From Bacteroidota bacterium (GTDB taxonomy: Bacteria > Bacteroidota > Bacteroidia > UKL13-3), in assembly GCA_947492885.1 (NCBI GenBank), contig CANLPK010000006.1:1-62724 (forward strand): a stretch of DNA of 62,724 nucleotides, read 5' to 3'. Made by a program: the position numbers and the translations under genes. The notes below the pieces were generated by a model that saw nothing but the letters and a program-made list of their open reading frames with translations, did no database searches and was not told where the DNA came from. Below, one piece after another: positions 30,112 through 39,643 of the stretch; the first letter of the stretch is position 1, and each line of letters starts with the position of its first letter.

Positions 30112-33100
30112 TTAAAGTGTATTGAGAGAGTTCAATCGATCCCAGTGGTTCAAGATGCCTTTTTCGGCTTCCGCTAATAAATCGGCAGCATGATCGGCAT
30201 TTGAACGTGTTAAAGAACTGAATCGTGATTCGTGATATAAGAATTCTTTTAAGTCGAGCGATGGTGCTTTGCAATCGAGTGAGAATCGCTCTCCTTTTGG
30301 TTTCAACGGATTGTAACGGAATAGTGGCCAGTAGCCCGATTTCACCGCAGCTACTTGTTGATCGGCTCCATGTGCCATATCATACCCATGCGCAATACAA
30401 TGGCTATAAGCAATTACAATTGAAGTGCCTGGGAAGGCTTCTGCTTCCTGAATGGTTTTAATTGCGTGGGCATCGTTGGCTCCCATCGCAATCTGTGCTA
30501 CATATACCGATCCATGTGCAATGGCTTGTAATGCCAAATCTTTCTTAGAATTTTCTTTTCCATTTACCGAGAATTTTGCACTGGCACCTATTGAAGTAGA
30601 TTTTGATTTTTGCCCTCCAGTATTTGAATAAACTTCAGTATCCAACACGATGATATTTAAATTTTCACCAGTTGATAATACATGGTCTAAGCCTCCAAAG
30701 CCAATATCATAAGCCCATCCATCACCACCCACAATCCAATGTGATTTTTTCACGAGGTGATCGGCGATGATTTTTAATTGCTTCGCATCGAAAGAGTCGG
30801 TCAATGCAATGCGACTACGTAGCTCTTTTATTCTGGCACGTTGCTTGCGAATGCCAGCTTCGTTACTTTGGTCAGCATTCAAAATGGCATCTACCAGTTC
30901 TTCACCTATCAGTGCTTTATTATTTACTAAGATGGTTTTCGCAATATCAATTTGTTTATCAAACGACATCTTGATTCCCAATCCAAACTCCGCATTGTCT
31001 TCAAATAATGAGTTGGCCCAAGCGGGTCCGCAACCATCGTTGTTCTTGGTCCATGGCGTAGTAGGTAAGTTGGCTCCATAAATGGATGAGCATCCCGTTG
31101 CATTGGCTACCACCATTCGGTCACCATATAATTGAGTGAGTAATTTCAAATAAGGTGTTTCACCACAGCCAGCACAAGCACCCGAAAATTCGAATAACGG
31201 TTGTAAAAATTGAGTTCCTTTAACGGTATTTAAGTTCACTCGATCGCGATCAATTTCTGGTAACGATAAGAAATAATCCCAGTTCTTAATTTCATCAGGC
31301 TTGGTCAATGTTTGATCTACCATATTGATGGCCTTATGCATTAAGTCGGTTTTACTTGTTACAGGGCAATACTCCACACATAAATTACATCCAGTACAAT
31401 CTTCAACAGATACTTGTAATGTATATGCTTCGTTTTCTTTATTAAATTCTTTTCCAATAGGAGCGATATGTTTGAATGTTGCGGGTGCGCCTTCAGTCAA
31501 TCCTTTATCATACACTTTTACACGTATGGCAGCATGCGGACAAATCAAATAACACTTGCCACATTGAGAGCACAAATCGGCATCCCATACTGGCGACTTA
31601 TCAGCAATATTTCTTTTTTCATATTGGGTGGTTCCCACTGGATACTGACCATCAACAGGGAAGGCACTCACAGGCAATTCATCGCCTTCGAACGATAATA
31701 TCTTAGCAAGTACATCTTTCACAAAGGTAGGCGCATTGCTAGTTACGGCGCTTTCAACTGCCAATGTTCCAGTTTTGTATTGAGAATAATCTATTTGAAC
31801 TAAATTCTCAATGGTCTTGTCCACAGCATTAAAATTCTTTTGAACTACTTTATCACCTTTGGCAGCGTATGATTTTTTGATGGCACTCTTAATTCTTTCA
31901 ATGGCTTCTTCTTTTGGAAGGATACCTGCAATGGCAAAGAAGCAAGTTTGTAAGATGGTATTGATACGCGATCCCATCTCGGTTTCACGCGCTACTTTTG
32001 TAGCGTTGATTACATAAAACTTCAACTCCTTCTCAATAATTTCTTCTTGAATATGTTGTGGAATTTTGGTCCAAACATCTTCAGTGTTATAAGGTGAGTT
32101 GAGCAATAAGGTGGCACCATGTTCTGCATTCTTCAAGATATCATATTTGTTGATATAGTTGAATTGATGACATGCGATGAAGTTGGCCGAATTCACCAAA
32201 TAGGTTGATTCGATTGGGCTCTTGCCAAATCGCAAATGCGATACGGTAAGCGATCCTGATTTTTTAGAGTCGTATACAAAATATCCTTGAACATAATTAT
32301 CGGTGGTTTCACCAATAATTTTGATGGAGTTTTTATTTGCACTCACCGTACCATCAGCTCCCAGTCCGTAGAACAAGCCACGGAACAAATGCTGACTGTC
32401 GAGTGAGAAGGTTTTATCATAATATAAACTGGTGAATGTTACATCGTCGTCGATACCAATAGTGAAATGATGTTTTGGCTCATTGCTTTTCAACTCAGAG
32501 AAAATTGATTTCACCATAGCAGGGGTGAATTCTTTCGATGCCAATCCGTAACGACCCGCGATGATGCTTGGTCTGTTTCCAACCCATGCTTCATTAATCG
32601 CAGTAACGATATCCATATATAATGGATCGCCAATAGCACCGGGCTCTTTGCACCGATCGAGTACTGCAATATGTTTCACCGACTCAGGAATGCTTTCTAC
32701 TAAAGCTTTCACATCCACGGGGCGGAACATTCTAATATAAAGATATCCAACTTTCTCGCCGCGTTCATTCAAGTATTTAACGGTTTCGTTTACAGCACCC
32801 GATCCTGAGCCCATAATGATGATGATACGATCGGGACTTTGGTGGCCGTAATATTCATACAATTTGTATTGACGACCAGTAAGTTCAGCAAACTTATTCA
32901 TCATCGAGGTGATGATAGCAGGAGTGTTCAAATAGTATTTATTTGATGCTTCTCTGCTTTGGAAAAATACATCGGGATTTTGTGCTGTGCCTCTGATATT
33001 TGGATTCTCAGGAGATAAAGCCCTTCTGCGAAATGCAAGAATATCTTCCTCATCAATCATCTGCAAAATTACTTCATCAGGAATCACATTTACTTTTGCA

Positions 33101-33639
33101 AGTTCGTGTGAGGTACGGAAACCATCGAATATATTTAAGAAAGGAATTTGAGATTTAAGTGTTGATGCTTGCGCTATCAAAGCCATATCCATGGCCTCTT
33201 GTGCATTTCTTCCAAAGAGCATGGCCCAACCTGTTTGACGCACCGACATCACATCCGAGTGGTCGCCAAAAATTGATAATGCATGCGTAGCAAGTGTACG
33301 AGCTGCGATATGAAATACCGTAGGAGTGAGCTCTCCTGCAATTTTGTACATGTTCGGAATCATCAACAGTAATCCTTGCGAACAGGTGAAAGTTGATGAT
33401 AATGTTCCGCCTTGTAAAGAGCCGTGAATGGCACCTGCTGCGCCACCTTCACTTTGCATCTCCATAACGCGAGGTACTTCTCCAAAAACGTTTTTGATAC
33501 TTGCTGCCGACCATTCATCACAAAATTCGCCCATTGTCGATGATGGAGTGATCGGATAAATTGCACATACTTCACTGGTTTTATAGGCAATATAAGCCGC
33601 CGCTTCGTTGCCATCCATGATTTTAATCTTGTTCGCCAT
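30112..33639 (-). CDS. nifJ: Pyruvate:ferredoxin/flavodoxin oxidoreductase
   Basis: IYPITPS, MQSEGGAAG, two 4Fe-4S motifs (CSQCGKC..CP, CTGCNLC...CP), GACAGCGE, GDGW and YSNTGGQ. Confidence 0.97.
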   Translation of the reverse strand: MANKIKIMDGNEAAAYIAYKTSEVCAIYPITPSSTMGEFCDEWSAASIKNVFGEVPRVMEMQSEGGAAGAIHGSLQGGTLSSTFTCSQGLLLMIPNMYKIAGELTPTVFHIAARTLATHALSIFGDHSDVMSVRQTGWAMLFGRNAQEAMDMALIAQASTLKSQIPFLNIFDGFRTSHELAKVNVIPDEVILQMIDEEDILAFRRRALSPENPNIRGTAQNPDVFFQSREASNKYYLNTPAIITSMMNKFAELTGRQYKLYEYYGHQSPDRIIIIMGSGSGAVNETVKYLNERGEKVGYLYIRMFRPVDVKALVESIPESVKHIAVLDRCKEPGAIGDPLYMDIVTAINEAWVGNRPSIIAGRYGLASKEFTPAMVKSIFSELKSNEPKHHFTIGIDDDVTFTSLYYDKTFSLDSQHLFRGLFYGLGADGTVSANKNSIKIIGETTDNYVQGYFVYDSKKSGSLTVSHLRFGKSPIESTYLVNSANFIACHQFNYINKYDILKNAEHGATLLLNSPYNTEDVWTKIPQHIQEEIIEKELKFYVINATKVARETEMGSRINTILQTCFFAIAGILPKEEAIERIKSAIKKSYAAKGDKVVQKNFNAVDKTIENLVQIDYSQYKTGTLAVESAVTSNAPTFVKDVLAKILSFEGDELPVSAFPVDGQYPVGTTQYEKRNIADKSPVWDADLCSQCGKCYLICPHAAIRVKVYDKGLTEGAPATFKHIAPIGKEFNKENEAYTLQVSVEDCTGCNLCVEYCPVTSKTDLMHKAINMVDQTLTKPDEIKNWDYFLSLPEIDRDRVNLNTVKGTQFLQPLFEFSGACAGCGETPYLKLLTQLYGDRMVVANATGCSSIYGANLPTTPWTKNNDGCGPAWANSLFEDNAEFGLGIKMSFDKQIDIAKTILVNNKALIGEELVDAILNADQSNEAGIRKQRARIKELRSRIALTDSFDAKQLKIIADHLVKKSHWIVGGDGWAYDIGFGGLDHVLSTGENLNIIVLDTEVYSNTGGQKSKSTSIGASAKFSVNGKENSKKDLALQAIAHGSVYVAQIAMGANDAHAIKTIQEAEAFPGTSIVIAYSHCIAHGYDMAHGADQQVAAVKSGYWPLFRYNPLKPKGERFSLDCKAPSLDLKEFLYHESRFSSLTRSNADHAADLLAEAEKGILNHWDRLNSLNTL

Positions 33640-33774
33640 TTTAGTTGGTATTATATTTATTGTTAGTTGTGGTAATGCGTGTCCTTTCTCAAAACTTTTT
33701 GTTTATTTCCCAGCTTTCAACTGCACTTGTAAATTATCTATGGCGAAATTATTCTCATCACCATTGATTTTACA

Positions 33775-33866
33775 TGATGCAAGTCAGGATTCAATATGAT
33801 ATAAGTAATTTCTTCCATTCATAAAATGAGCAAAGTAAGTGGAGTTATTCTCATGACTTGAGTCAT
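33775..33866. promoter_or_regulatory. Four TGA-N6-T(C/A)A boxes (CRP/FNR-family-like sites) between the divergent nifJ and thioredoxin genes
   Basis: TGATGCAAGTCA at 33775, TGATATAAGTAA at 33797, TGAGCAAAGTAA at 33827 and ATGACTTGAGTCAT at 33853; nifJ -7 element TAATTTCG at 33744-33751. Confidence 0.5.
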
Positions 33867-33911
33867 AGGTTTCCCAACCTCACCTAAGCATATTTGTAAA
33901 CGAATTAACCT

Positions 33912-34532
33912 ATGAGTGCCCCAAAACAATTGCCTGAATTAATTAATGCAACTTCTTATGAGTTGTACAAGAACCGCGTGCTCGATTTAGCAAAATTGGG
34001 TATTACCAGTGGCATAGAACCTACTGAGGAGCGGATTGAAGCTACTAAAATCAATGCGCAACGAATGAAACGTATTGATAAGTACGCTGAAGTAATTCCA
34101 TCGATTGATCGTTTGCTTGGCAACTTGAAACGCCCATGGAAATGGATTGTTTTATCGGAGGCCTGGTGTGGCGACAGCGCTCAATGTTTGCCCTTCATTG
34201 CCAAAATTGCTAGTTTATCGGAGCATATTCAAATGCAAGTAGTAATGCGAGATGAGAACCCCGAATTAATGAATATGTACCTAACCAAAGGTTCACGCTC
34301 CATCCCTAAGTTAATTTGTTTAGATACCTTAACCGGAACAGAATTGGGGGTTTGGGGGCCACGCCCAAAAGGGATTCAAGAACGTGTTGATGAATATAAA
34401 TCCCAAAATCCTGATGTTACCCATGAAGTATTTGTAGTGAATTTACATCTCTGGTATGCACTCGATAAGGGCGAATCGTTACAAGCGCAATTTGAAACCA
34501 TCCTTGCCGAATGGATAAATATGAAAATCTAA
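33912..34532 (+). CDS. Thioredoxin family protein (Thioredoxin_9-like)
   Basis: EAWCGDSAQ, RDENPELM, SIPKLI and WGPRP. Confidence 0.9.
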   Translation: MSAPKQLPELINATSYELYKNRVLDLAKLGITSGIEPTEERIEATKINAQRMKRIDKYAEVIPSIDRLLGNLKRPWKWIVLSEAWCGDSAQCLPFIAKIASLSEHIQMQVVMRDENPELMNMYLTKGSRSIPKLICLDTLTGTELGVWGPRPKGIQERVDEYKSQNPDVTHEVFVVNLHLWYALDKGESLQAQFETILAEWINMKI

Positions 34533-34543
34533 ATATAAGTAAT

Positions 34544-35737
34544 ATGCCACTTCCCCAACTCTCATTTGAAAATACTGAAAAGGCTTTCAAAGCCAAAGAT
34601 AAAGGTGAACTCCGCCAGTCGATATGGCTTTTTAAATTAATGGGACAACCCTTATTAGTAAAACTCTTTTCAAAGCTCACCATCTTCGCAATAAAAATTG
34701 GGTTGCCTATTAGAAGGCCCATCAAAGCAACTATTTTCAAACAGTTTTGCGGAGGCGAATCCATCGATGAAAGCAAGGCGGTGGTTACTCGATTGGGTAA
34801 ATCACATATCGGATCGATACTCGATTATTCGGTAGAAGGAAAAGACAGTGAAGAGGATTTTATCAAGACCAAGGATGAGATTTTGAAAATTATTGCGGTG
34901 GCAAAAGACAATCCAGCAATCCCCTATACCTGCTTAAAACTAACCGGCATCGCGCGTTTCGGACTCTTGGAAAAACTCACTGCCAAAACAGCTTTGAGCA
35001 AACAAGAAGAAGAAGAACTGCATCAGGTAAAACAACGACTCGCTGAAATTTGCTGGCATGCCGGCGAATCGAATGTGCCAGTATATATCGATGCCGAAGA
35101 AACTTGGATTCAGGAAGCCATTGATATGATTGCCGAAGAAGCCATGGCAAGGGAGAATAAAAAGTCGGCAATAGTGCTCACCACCATACAAATGTATCGT
35201 TGGGACCGATTGGATTATTTACATAAACTCATTGCCAAAGCAAGGGAAGGGAATTTCTTTATTGGCATCAAACTGGTGCGTGGGGCCTATCTCGAGCGCG
35301 AAAATATTCGTGCTCAACAAATGAATTACCATACCCCAATGCAAGGGTGTAAAGATGATACTGATCGCGATTTTGATAAGGCCGTTGAAATTTGCTTGGA
35401 GAATATTGATATCATCACGCTTTGCGCTGGTACACACAATGAAGCGAGCACCATGCATTTGGTTCATAAAATGGCAGAGATGAAAATTGCGAATGATCAT
35501 CCACATGTATACTTCTCTCAGCTCTATGGCATGAGCGATCATATCACTTATAACTTGGCCGATGCTGGATATAATGTAACCAAATATTTACCTTATGGAC
35601 CAGTGAAATCGGTGATTCCTTACCTAATTCGCAGAGCCTCTGAAAATACCGCCATTGCTGGGCAAATGAGTCGTGAATTGCGTTTGATAATTGAAGAGAA
35701 GGAGCGCAGGCAATATGCTCATATGTTACCTGCCTAA
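34544..35737 (+). CDS. Monofunctional proline dehydrogenase
   Basis: QFCGGE, IDAEE, KLVRGAYLE, GTHNE, QLYGM, KYLPYG and YLIRRA.EN; alternative start 34511. Confidence 0.93.
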   Translation: MPLPQLSFENTEKAFKAKDKGELRQSIWLFKLMGQPLLVKLFSKLTIFAIKIGLPIRRPIKATIFKQFCGGESIDESKAVVTRLGKSHIGSILDYSVEGKDSEEDFIKTKDEILKIIAVAKDNPAIPYTCLKLTGIARFGLLEKLTAKTALSKQEEEELHQVKQRLAEICWHAGESNVPVYIDAEETWIQEAIDMIAEEAMARENKKSAIVLTTIQMYRWDRLDYLHKLIAKAREGNFFIGIKLVRGAYLERENIRAQQMNYHTPMQGCKDDTDRDFDKAVEICLENIDIITLCAGTHNEASTMHLVHKMAEMKIANDHPHVYFSQLYGMSDHITYNLADAGYNVTKYLPYGPVKSVIPYLIRRASENTAIAGQMSRELRLIIEEKERRQYAHMLPA

Positions 35738-35863
35738 TAAGATTTGTTTTATATTCTAAATGCTTGATATTTAGTGTAACACTAGTTGCAGTAATCGAAT
35801 GATTTCACTCATACTTTACTAGTGCATTTATCGCTAATATTGAAATACTAAATTATAAATATC

Positions 35864-36589
35864 ATGAAATCTATTTATGCAATCATATTCATCGCGCTTT
35901 TTACTGCATGTACTAAAAAGGTAAGCCCCCCTCCAGGAACCGAAACTCCTGCAACAGAAATGGTTTTAAATGTGAGCTATCATGCTGATCAGGTTCCGCT
36001 AGTTTCCGATTCGTTTATTTATACTACACAAGCGGGATATCAATACAGCGTCAATAATCTTATTTATTACCTATCTCGAATTAGCTTAATAAAGTTGGAT
36101 AGCAGTTTGGTAGAAGTAAAAGATTATTTATTTATGGATGCCTTTAACGCCAATACCAATAAGGTGGTTATGGGAGGAATTCCAGCAGGCAATTATATTG
36201 GATTGAAATTCAATATTGGCTTGGACCCAAAATTAAACAGAACCGATTCGTTGCCAGCCACGGTCGACAATATCAATATGCAATGGCCCATGATGATGGG
36301 CGGAGGATATCATTTCATGAAATTTGAAGGCTATTTCAAGGATCAGGGGAAATCGTATGGATTCAATATGCATCTCGGAACTGATACCTGCCTGATTCCA
36401 GTCAAACTTTATAAAGCAATCACGATTACTGAGGGTACCAAAACCCCGATTTTTATGAATATGAATATCAATGAATGGTTTCGCAATCCTGCGGTATTCG
36501 ATTTTAATACAGATGGGAATTATATTATGGGCAATGTCGTTGCTATGAAGAAATTTGCAAATAATGGAGTTGATGTTTTTAAATTTTAA
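35864..36589 (+). CDS. MbnP family lipoprotein, non-canonical (WPMMM in place of WxW)
   Basis: Lipobox FTAC16, YYLSRI, F.IGLD...N, MQWPMMMGGGYHFMKFEG and MHLG; upstream of a CcP/MbnH gene. Confidence 0.8.
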   Translation: MKSIYAIIFIALFTACTKKVSPPPGTETPATEMVLNVSYHADQVPLVSDSFIYTTQAGYQYSVNNLIYYLSRISLIKLDSSLVEVKDYLFMDAFNANTNKVVMGGIPAGNYIGLKFNIGLDPKLNRTDSLPATVDNINMQWPMMMGGGYHFMKFEGYFKDQGKSYGFNMHLGTDTCLIPVKLYKAITITEGTKTPIFMNMNINEWFRNPAVFDFNTDGNYIMGNVVAMKKFANNGVDVFKF

Positions 36590-36594
36590 GTGTC

Positions 36595-37653
36595 ATGAAG
36601 AAATTAATCTATCTATCACTCGTAATTTTGGTAATGGCTTATGCTTGTCAGAAAGGAAATAAACTTCCTGCAGTATATACACCAACACCCTATCAATTGA
36701 ATGTCCCAAAAGGATTTCCACCTCCGTATATTCCTGCCGACAATCCACTCACCGTGGAAGGCATTCGTTTAGGCCGAATGCTCTATTATGATCCTATTCT
36801 ATCCACCAATGGCAGGTCGTGTTCTTCATGTCATAATCCTGGTTACTCTTATTCATTTCCATTGTTTGTGGCGCAATCGGGTGTCAAGACCAGCGTTCCG
36901 GCACATGTTAATTTGGCTTGGGATCCTGAATATTTCTGGGATGGCTCGGCACCGAAGTTGGATTTGATTGGATTGGCTGATTTTGGTCCGGAGTTTTTCA
37001 ATACCAATATGCCCCTTTTATTTGAAAAATTAAAGAAGCATGATAAGTATCCATTATTGTTTAAAGAAGCATTTAATATCGATGATATTTCTATTCTAAG
37101 CGCCGATCAGTTGCAATTGAAAATCGTGTATGCCATTTCACAATTTATGCGCACTATGATTTCATCACAATCGAAGGCTGATAAATTTTTCCGACGCGAA
37201 GTAAATCTTACTCCTGAAGAGATGGATGGATTTCAAACATTTTTCACAGAGCGTGGCGACTGCTTTCATTGTCATGGTTATCCGTTGTTTACTTCTAATA
37301 CCTTTAATAATACGGGGCTCGATTCGATGCCAACGGGTGCCGACTTGGGGTATTATAATGTAACAAAGAATGAAACAGACAAGGGTAAATTTAGTCCGCC
37401 AACCCTAAGAAATATTGAATTCACAGCACCGTATATGCACGATGGCCGGTTTGCAACATTAGAAGAGGTGGTAGAATTTTATAATTCAGGAGTGCATTGG
37501 AATGCCCCCAATATCGACCCACTGATGACCAAGCCAGCGAAGATCTATGGATTGAATCTCACAGTAACGCAAAAAGCCAATTTGGTGAAATTCATGAAAA
37601 CGTTTACCGATACTGCTTTCTTAAACAATCCTGATTTTCGGAGTCCGTTTTAA
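36595..37653 (+). CDS. Di-heme cytochrome c peroxidase family lipoprotein (MbnH/MauG-like)
   Basis: Lipobox AYAC18, LGRMLYYD, CSSCH, FWDG, CFHCH and PTLRNIEFTAPYMHDG. Confidence 0.92.
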   Translation: MKKLIYLSLVILVMAYACQKGNKLPAVYTPTPYQLNVPKGFPPPYIPADNPLTVEGIRLGRMLYYDPILSTNGRSCSSCHNPGYSYSFPLFVAQSGVKTSVPAHVNLAWDPEYFWDGSAPKLDLIGLADFGPEFFNTNMPLLFEKLKKHDKYPLLFKEAFNIDDISILSADQLQLKIVYAISQFMRTMISSQSKADKFFRREVNLTPEEMDGFQTFFTERGDCFHCHGYPLFTSNTFNNTGLDSMPTGADLGYYNVTKNETDKGKFSPPTLRNIEFTAPYMHDGRFATLEEVVEFYNSGVHWNAPNIDPLMTKPAKIYGLNLTVTQKANLVKFMKTFTDTAFLNNPDFRSPF

Positions 37654-37741
37654 GGAGCGGTTTGTTTGTTGATTTTGTAATAGGCAGCTTTCGAATAAGC
37701 GCCTTCTATTTTGTTCTTTAGTTTCGAACTATAACCTACCC

Positions 37742-37970
37742 TATATTCGAAGCATAACTCGTCACTACCGCATCTCCGGCCTATCAAAACGCTGTCCGCC
37801 GTTGCGTCTCTCGACCAACGGCAATTCGAAGACTCTGACTTGCGATGAATTCTTTCATTTCTACTAAAGCCTAAAATATATTCGAAGGATAACTCTTCAC
37901 TACCGCATCTCCGGCCTAGAAAACCTCTGTCCGCCGTTGCGTCTCCTGACCAACGGCAATTCGAAGACTC
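37742..37970. repeat. Two tandem 94-bp direct repeats (period 135 bp) with an internal GC-rich hairpin
   Basis: Copies at 37742-37835 and 37877-37970 differ at 8 positions. Each has GCCGTTG-c-GTC-N4-GAC-CAACGGC and TTCGAA near both ends. Confidence 0.9.
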
Positions 37971-38101
37971 CGAATAACAATGTATTCTATTTGAAAATCC
38001 CCAAACAACTTCCTGTATAGCAATAGCAGCAAAAAGCTTCCGTGTCCCTTGGATTTACAAATGTTATTTTGTATTTTTGTTCTAATTAAAAAATTTAGAA
38101 T

Positions 38102-39441
38102 ATGAAATTTACAAATAAAATCCTTCTGATTCTGTCATTCTGTTTTTCATCAGCCTACTCTCAAGGTTTCATAATTAAAGAAACCAAATTCCCCGAAGTT
38201 TATTCCAATATTGTTAAAGGCTACTTTAAAAATGGACATAATGCAATTCTAAGAAGTAAAAACTCTATGAATGACTTTTATGTAATGGAGATTAATCCAA
38301 TGACAAATGCCCAGGCAGGAATTCTTGATCATTTTATTCTACAAATTCAGGATTTGAATTCTTCGAACAAAGCAGTAGTTTTTTTTATGAATATATAAAA
38401 ACGGATTATCAAAACAGCCAGGTTTATTTGTATCGGAAAAACTTAAGTCCCAATAAAGCGGATTCAATTCTGATTAGCCAATACGGCTCCCAGGGCTATA
38501 GTGGTTATTTGAAGCGGTATGGCGATACAGATATCGTTAATATACTTTCCTATAATGATGCGCTAAAAAAGTTCGTTAATTCCTATTATATCATCAGTGG
38601 TAATTCGGTTATAAAAATTGTCACCAAAGTCGAATATGATTTTAGTAGTATAAAAGGATCGGATTTCTGTTTTTTTAATAAGCAACTTATTATTACAAGA
38701 AAAGAAAATAATAATTACAAAATTTACACGCATTCAATTTCAAATTCCAAAATAGATTCGGCTATGTTTTATTATTACGTAGATAATTCAACTCCATTGC
38801 AAAATCTTAATCTAACGATGGCAAATGGAAAATTTGTACTGCTTGCCAATTATTATAATAAAGATTCGCTATTTGTTTTTGATTTAGGATTGAATGGATC
38901 GATTTTTAATTTGCGTAATAAACTTAAGATTGACGGTGCGTATTCATTCATCGGATTGTCGGATGGGGTTGATTATTTTATAACAGGAAATAACAGTGGC
39001 GTGAATAATAGCGTTTGTTATTTGGATTATAACTACAATATCGCGGTGAAGTCGAAATTATCAAAAACCTTGGATAAACAAGATACTTTAATACATAGTT
39101 ATTTTTTTACGAATAATGATACCCTGTATTTTATGGGAAACTATTTACGCAATCCAGACAAGGCAATTCTCACCAAAGTATACCCTGCCAAAACTGGAAT
39201 TGAAGACAAGAATGAAAATTCCAATATCAAAGTTTATCCAAATCCAAGTAAAGGGAATTTTATTATTTCAAACACTACTGCGTCAGAAATTCAGTTTGTA
39301 TTATATGATGTTTTAGGCCATGAAATACTTGCAGAAAATGTTGAGGCTCAAGGGGAGAAACTAATTGCTGTTGATTTGCCTCCCGCAATTTATTTTATTA
39401 AAGCGGAGAATGGGTTCTGTTATAAGTTGATAGTAGAATGA
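38102..39441 (+). pseudogene. T9SS cargo protein split by a single frameshift
   Basis: ORF 38102-38398 has a signal peptide and ORF 38428-39441 has the VYPNPS CTD. The second frame (-1) is open from 38329 and overlaps the first across a T8 run at 38379-38386. Confidence 0.75.
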
Positions 39442-39618
39442 TATCTAAAAGGAATAGAATAAATGTATTCTTAACCTGATTTTCTAGATAATCGACATGA
39501 ATATTATCTTCGTTCTAATGTAACTCGGTTCGTTGTTGCAGCTCCTCCCAACTCCAATCCCACTCCTTACCTATTCACATTCACACTATTTTAACCTCCA
39601 TTTTCGCTTAAATTGACG

Positions 39619-39626
39619 TACCTTTG
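39619..39626 (+). promoter_or_regulatory. -7 promoter element (TACCTTTG) of the desaturase gene
   Basis: Exact TAnnTTTG 17 nt upstream of the ATG. Confidence 0.55.
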
Positions 39627-39643
39627 CCGTTTTTAAGAGAAAA

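Noticed and set aside
1-37653. Methanobactin biosynthetic cluster
   Set aside because: Only MbnP/MbnH-like pairs are present; no mbnA precursor or mbnB/mbnC-like genes were seen
37742-37970. CRISPR array
   Set aside because: Only two units, 94 bp is too long for a CRISPR repeat, the spacer partly resembles the sequence after copy 2, and there are no cas genes
39541-39588. Pyrimidine-rich roughly 6-nt periodic tract (ACTCCA ATCCCA CTCCTT...ATTCAC ATTCAC)
   Set aside because: Too degenerate to distinguish from low-complexity intergenic sequence
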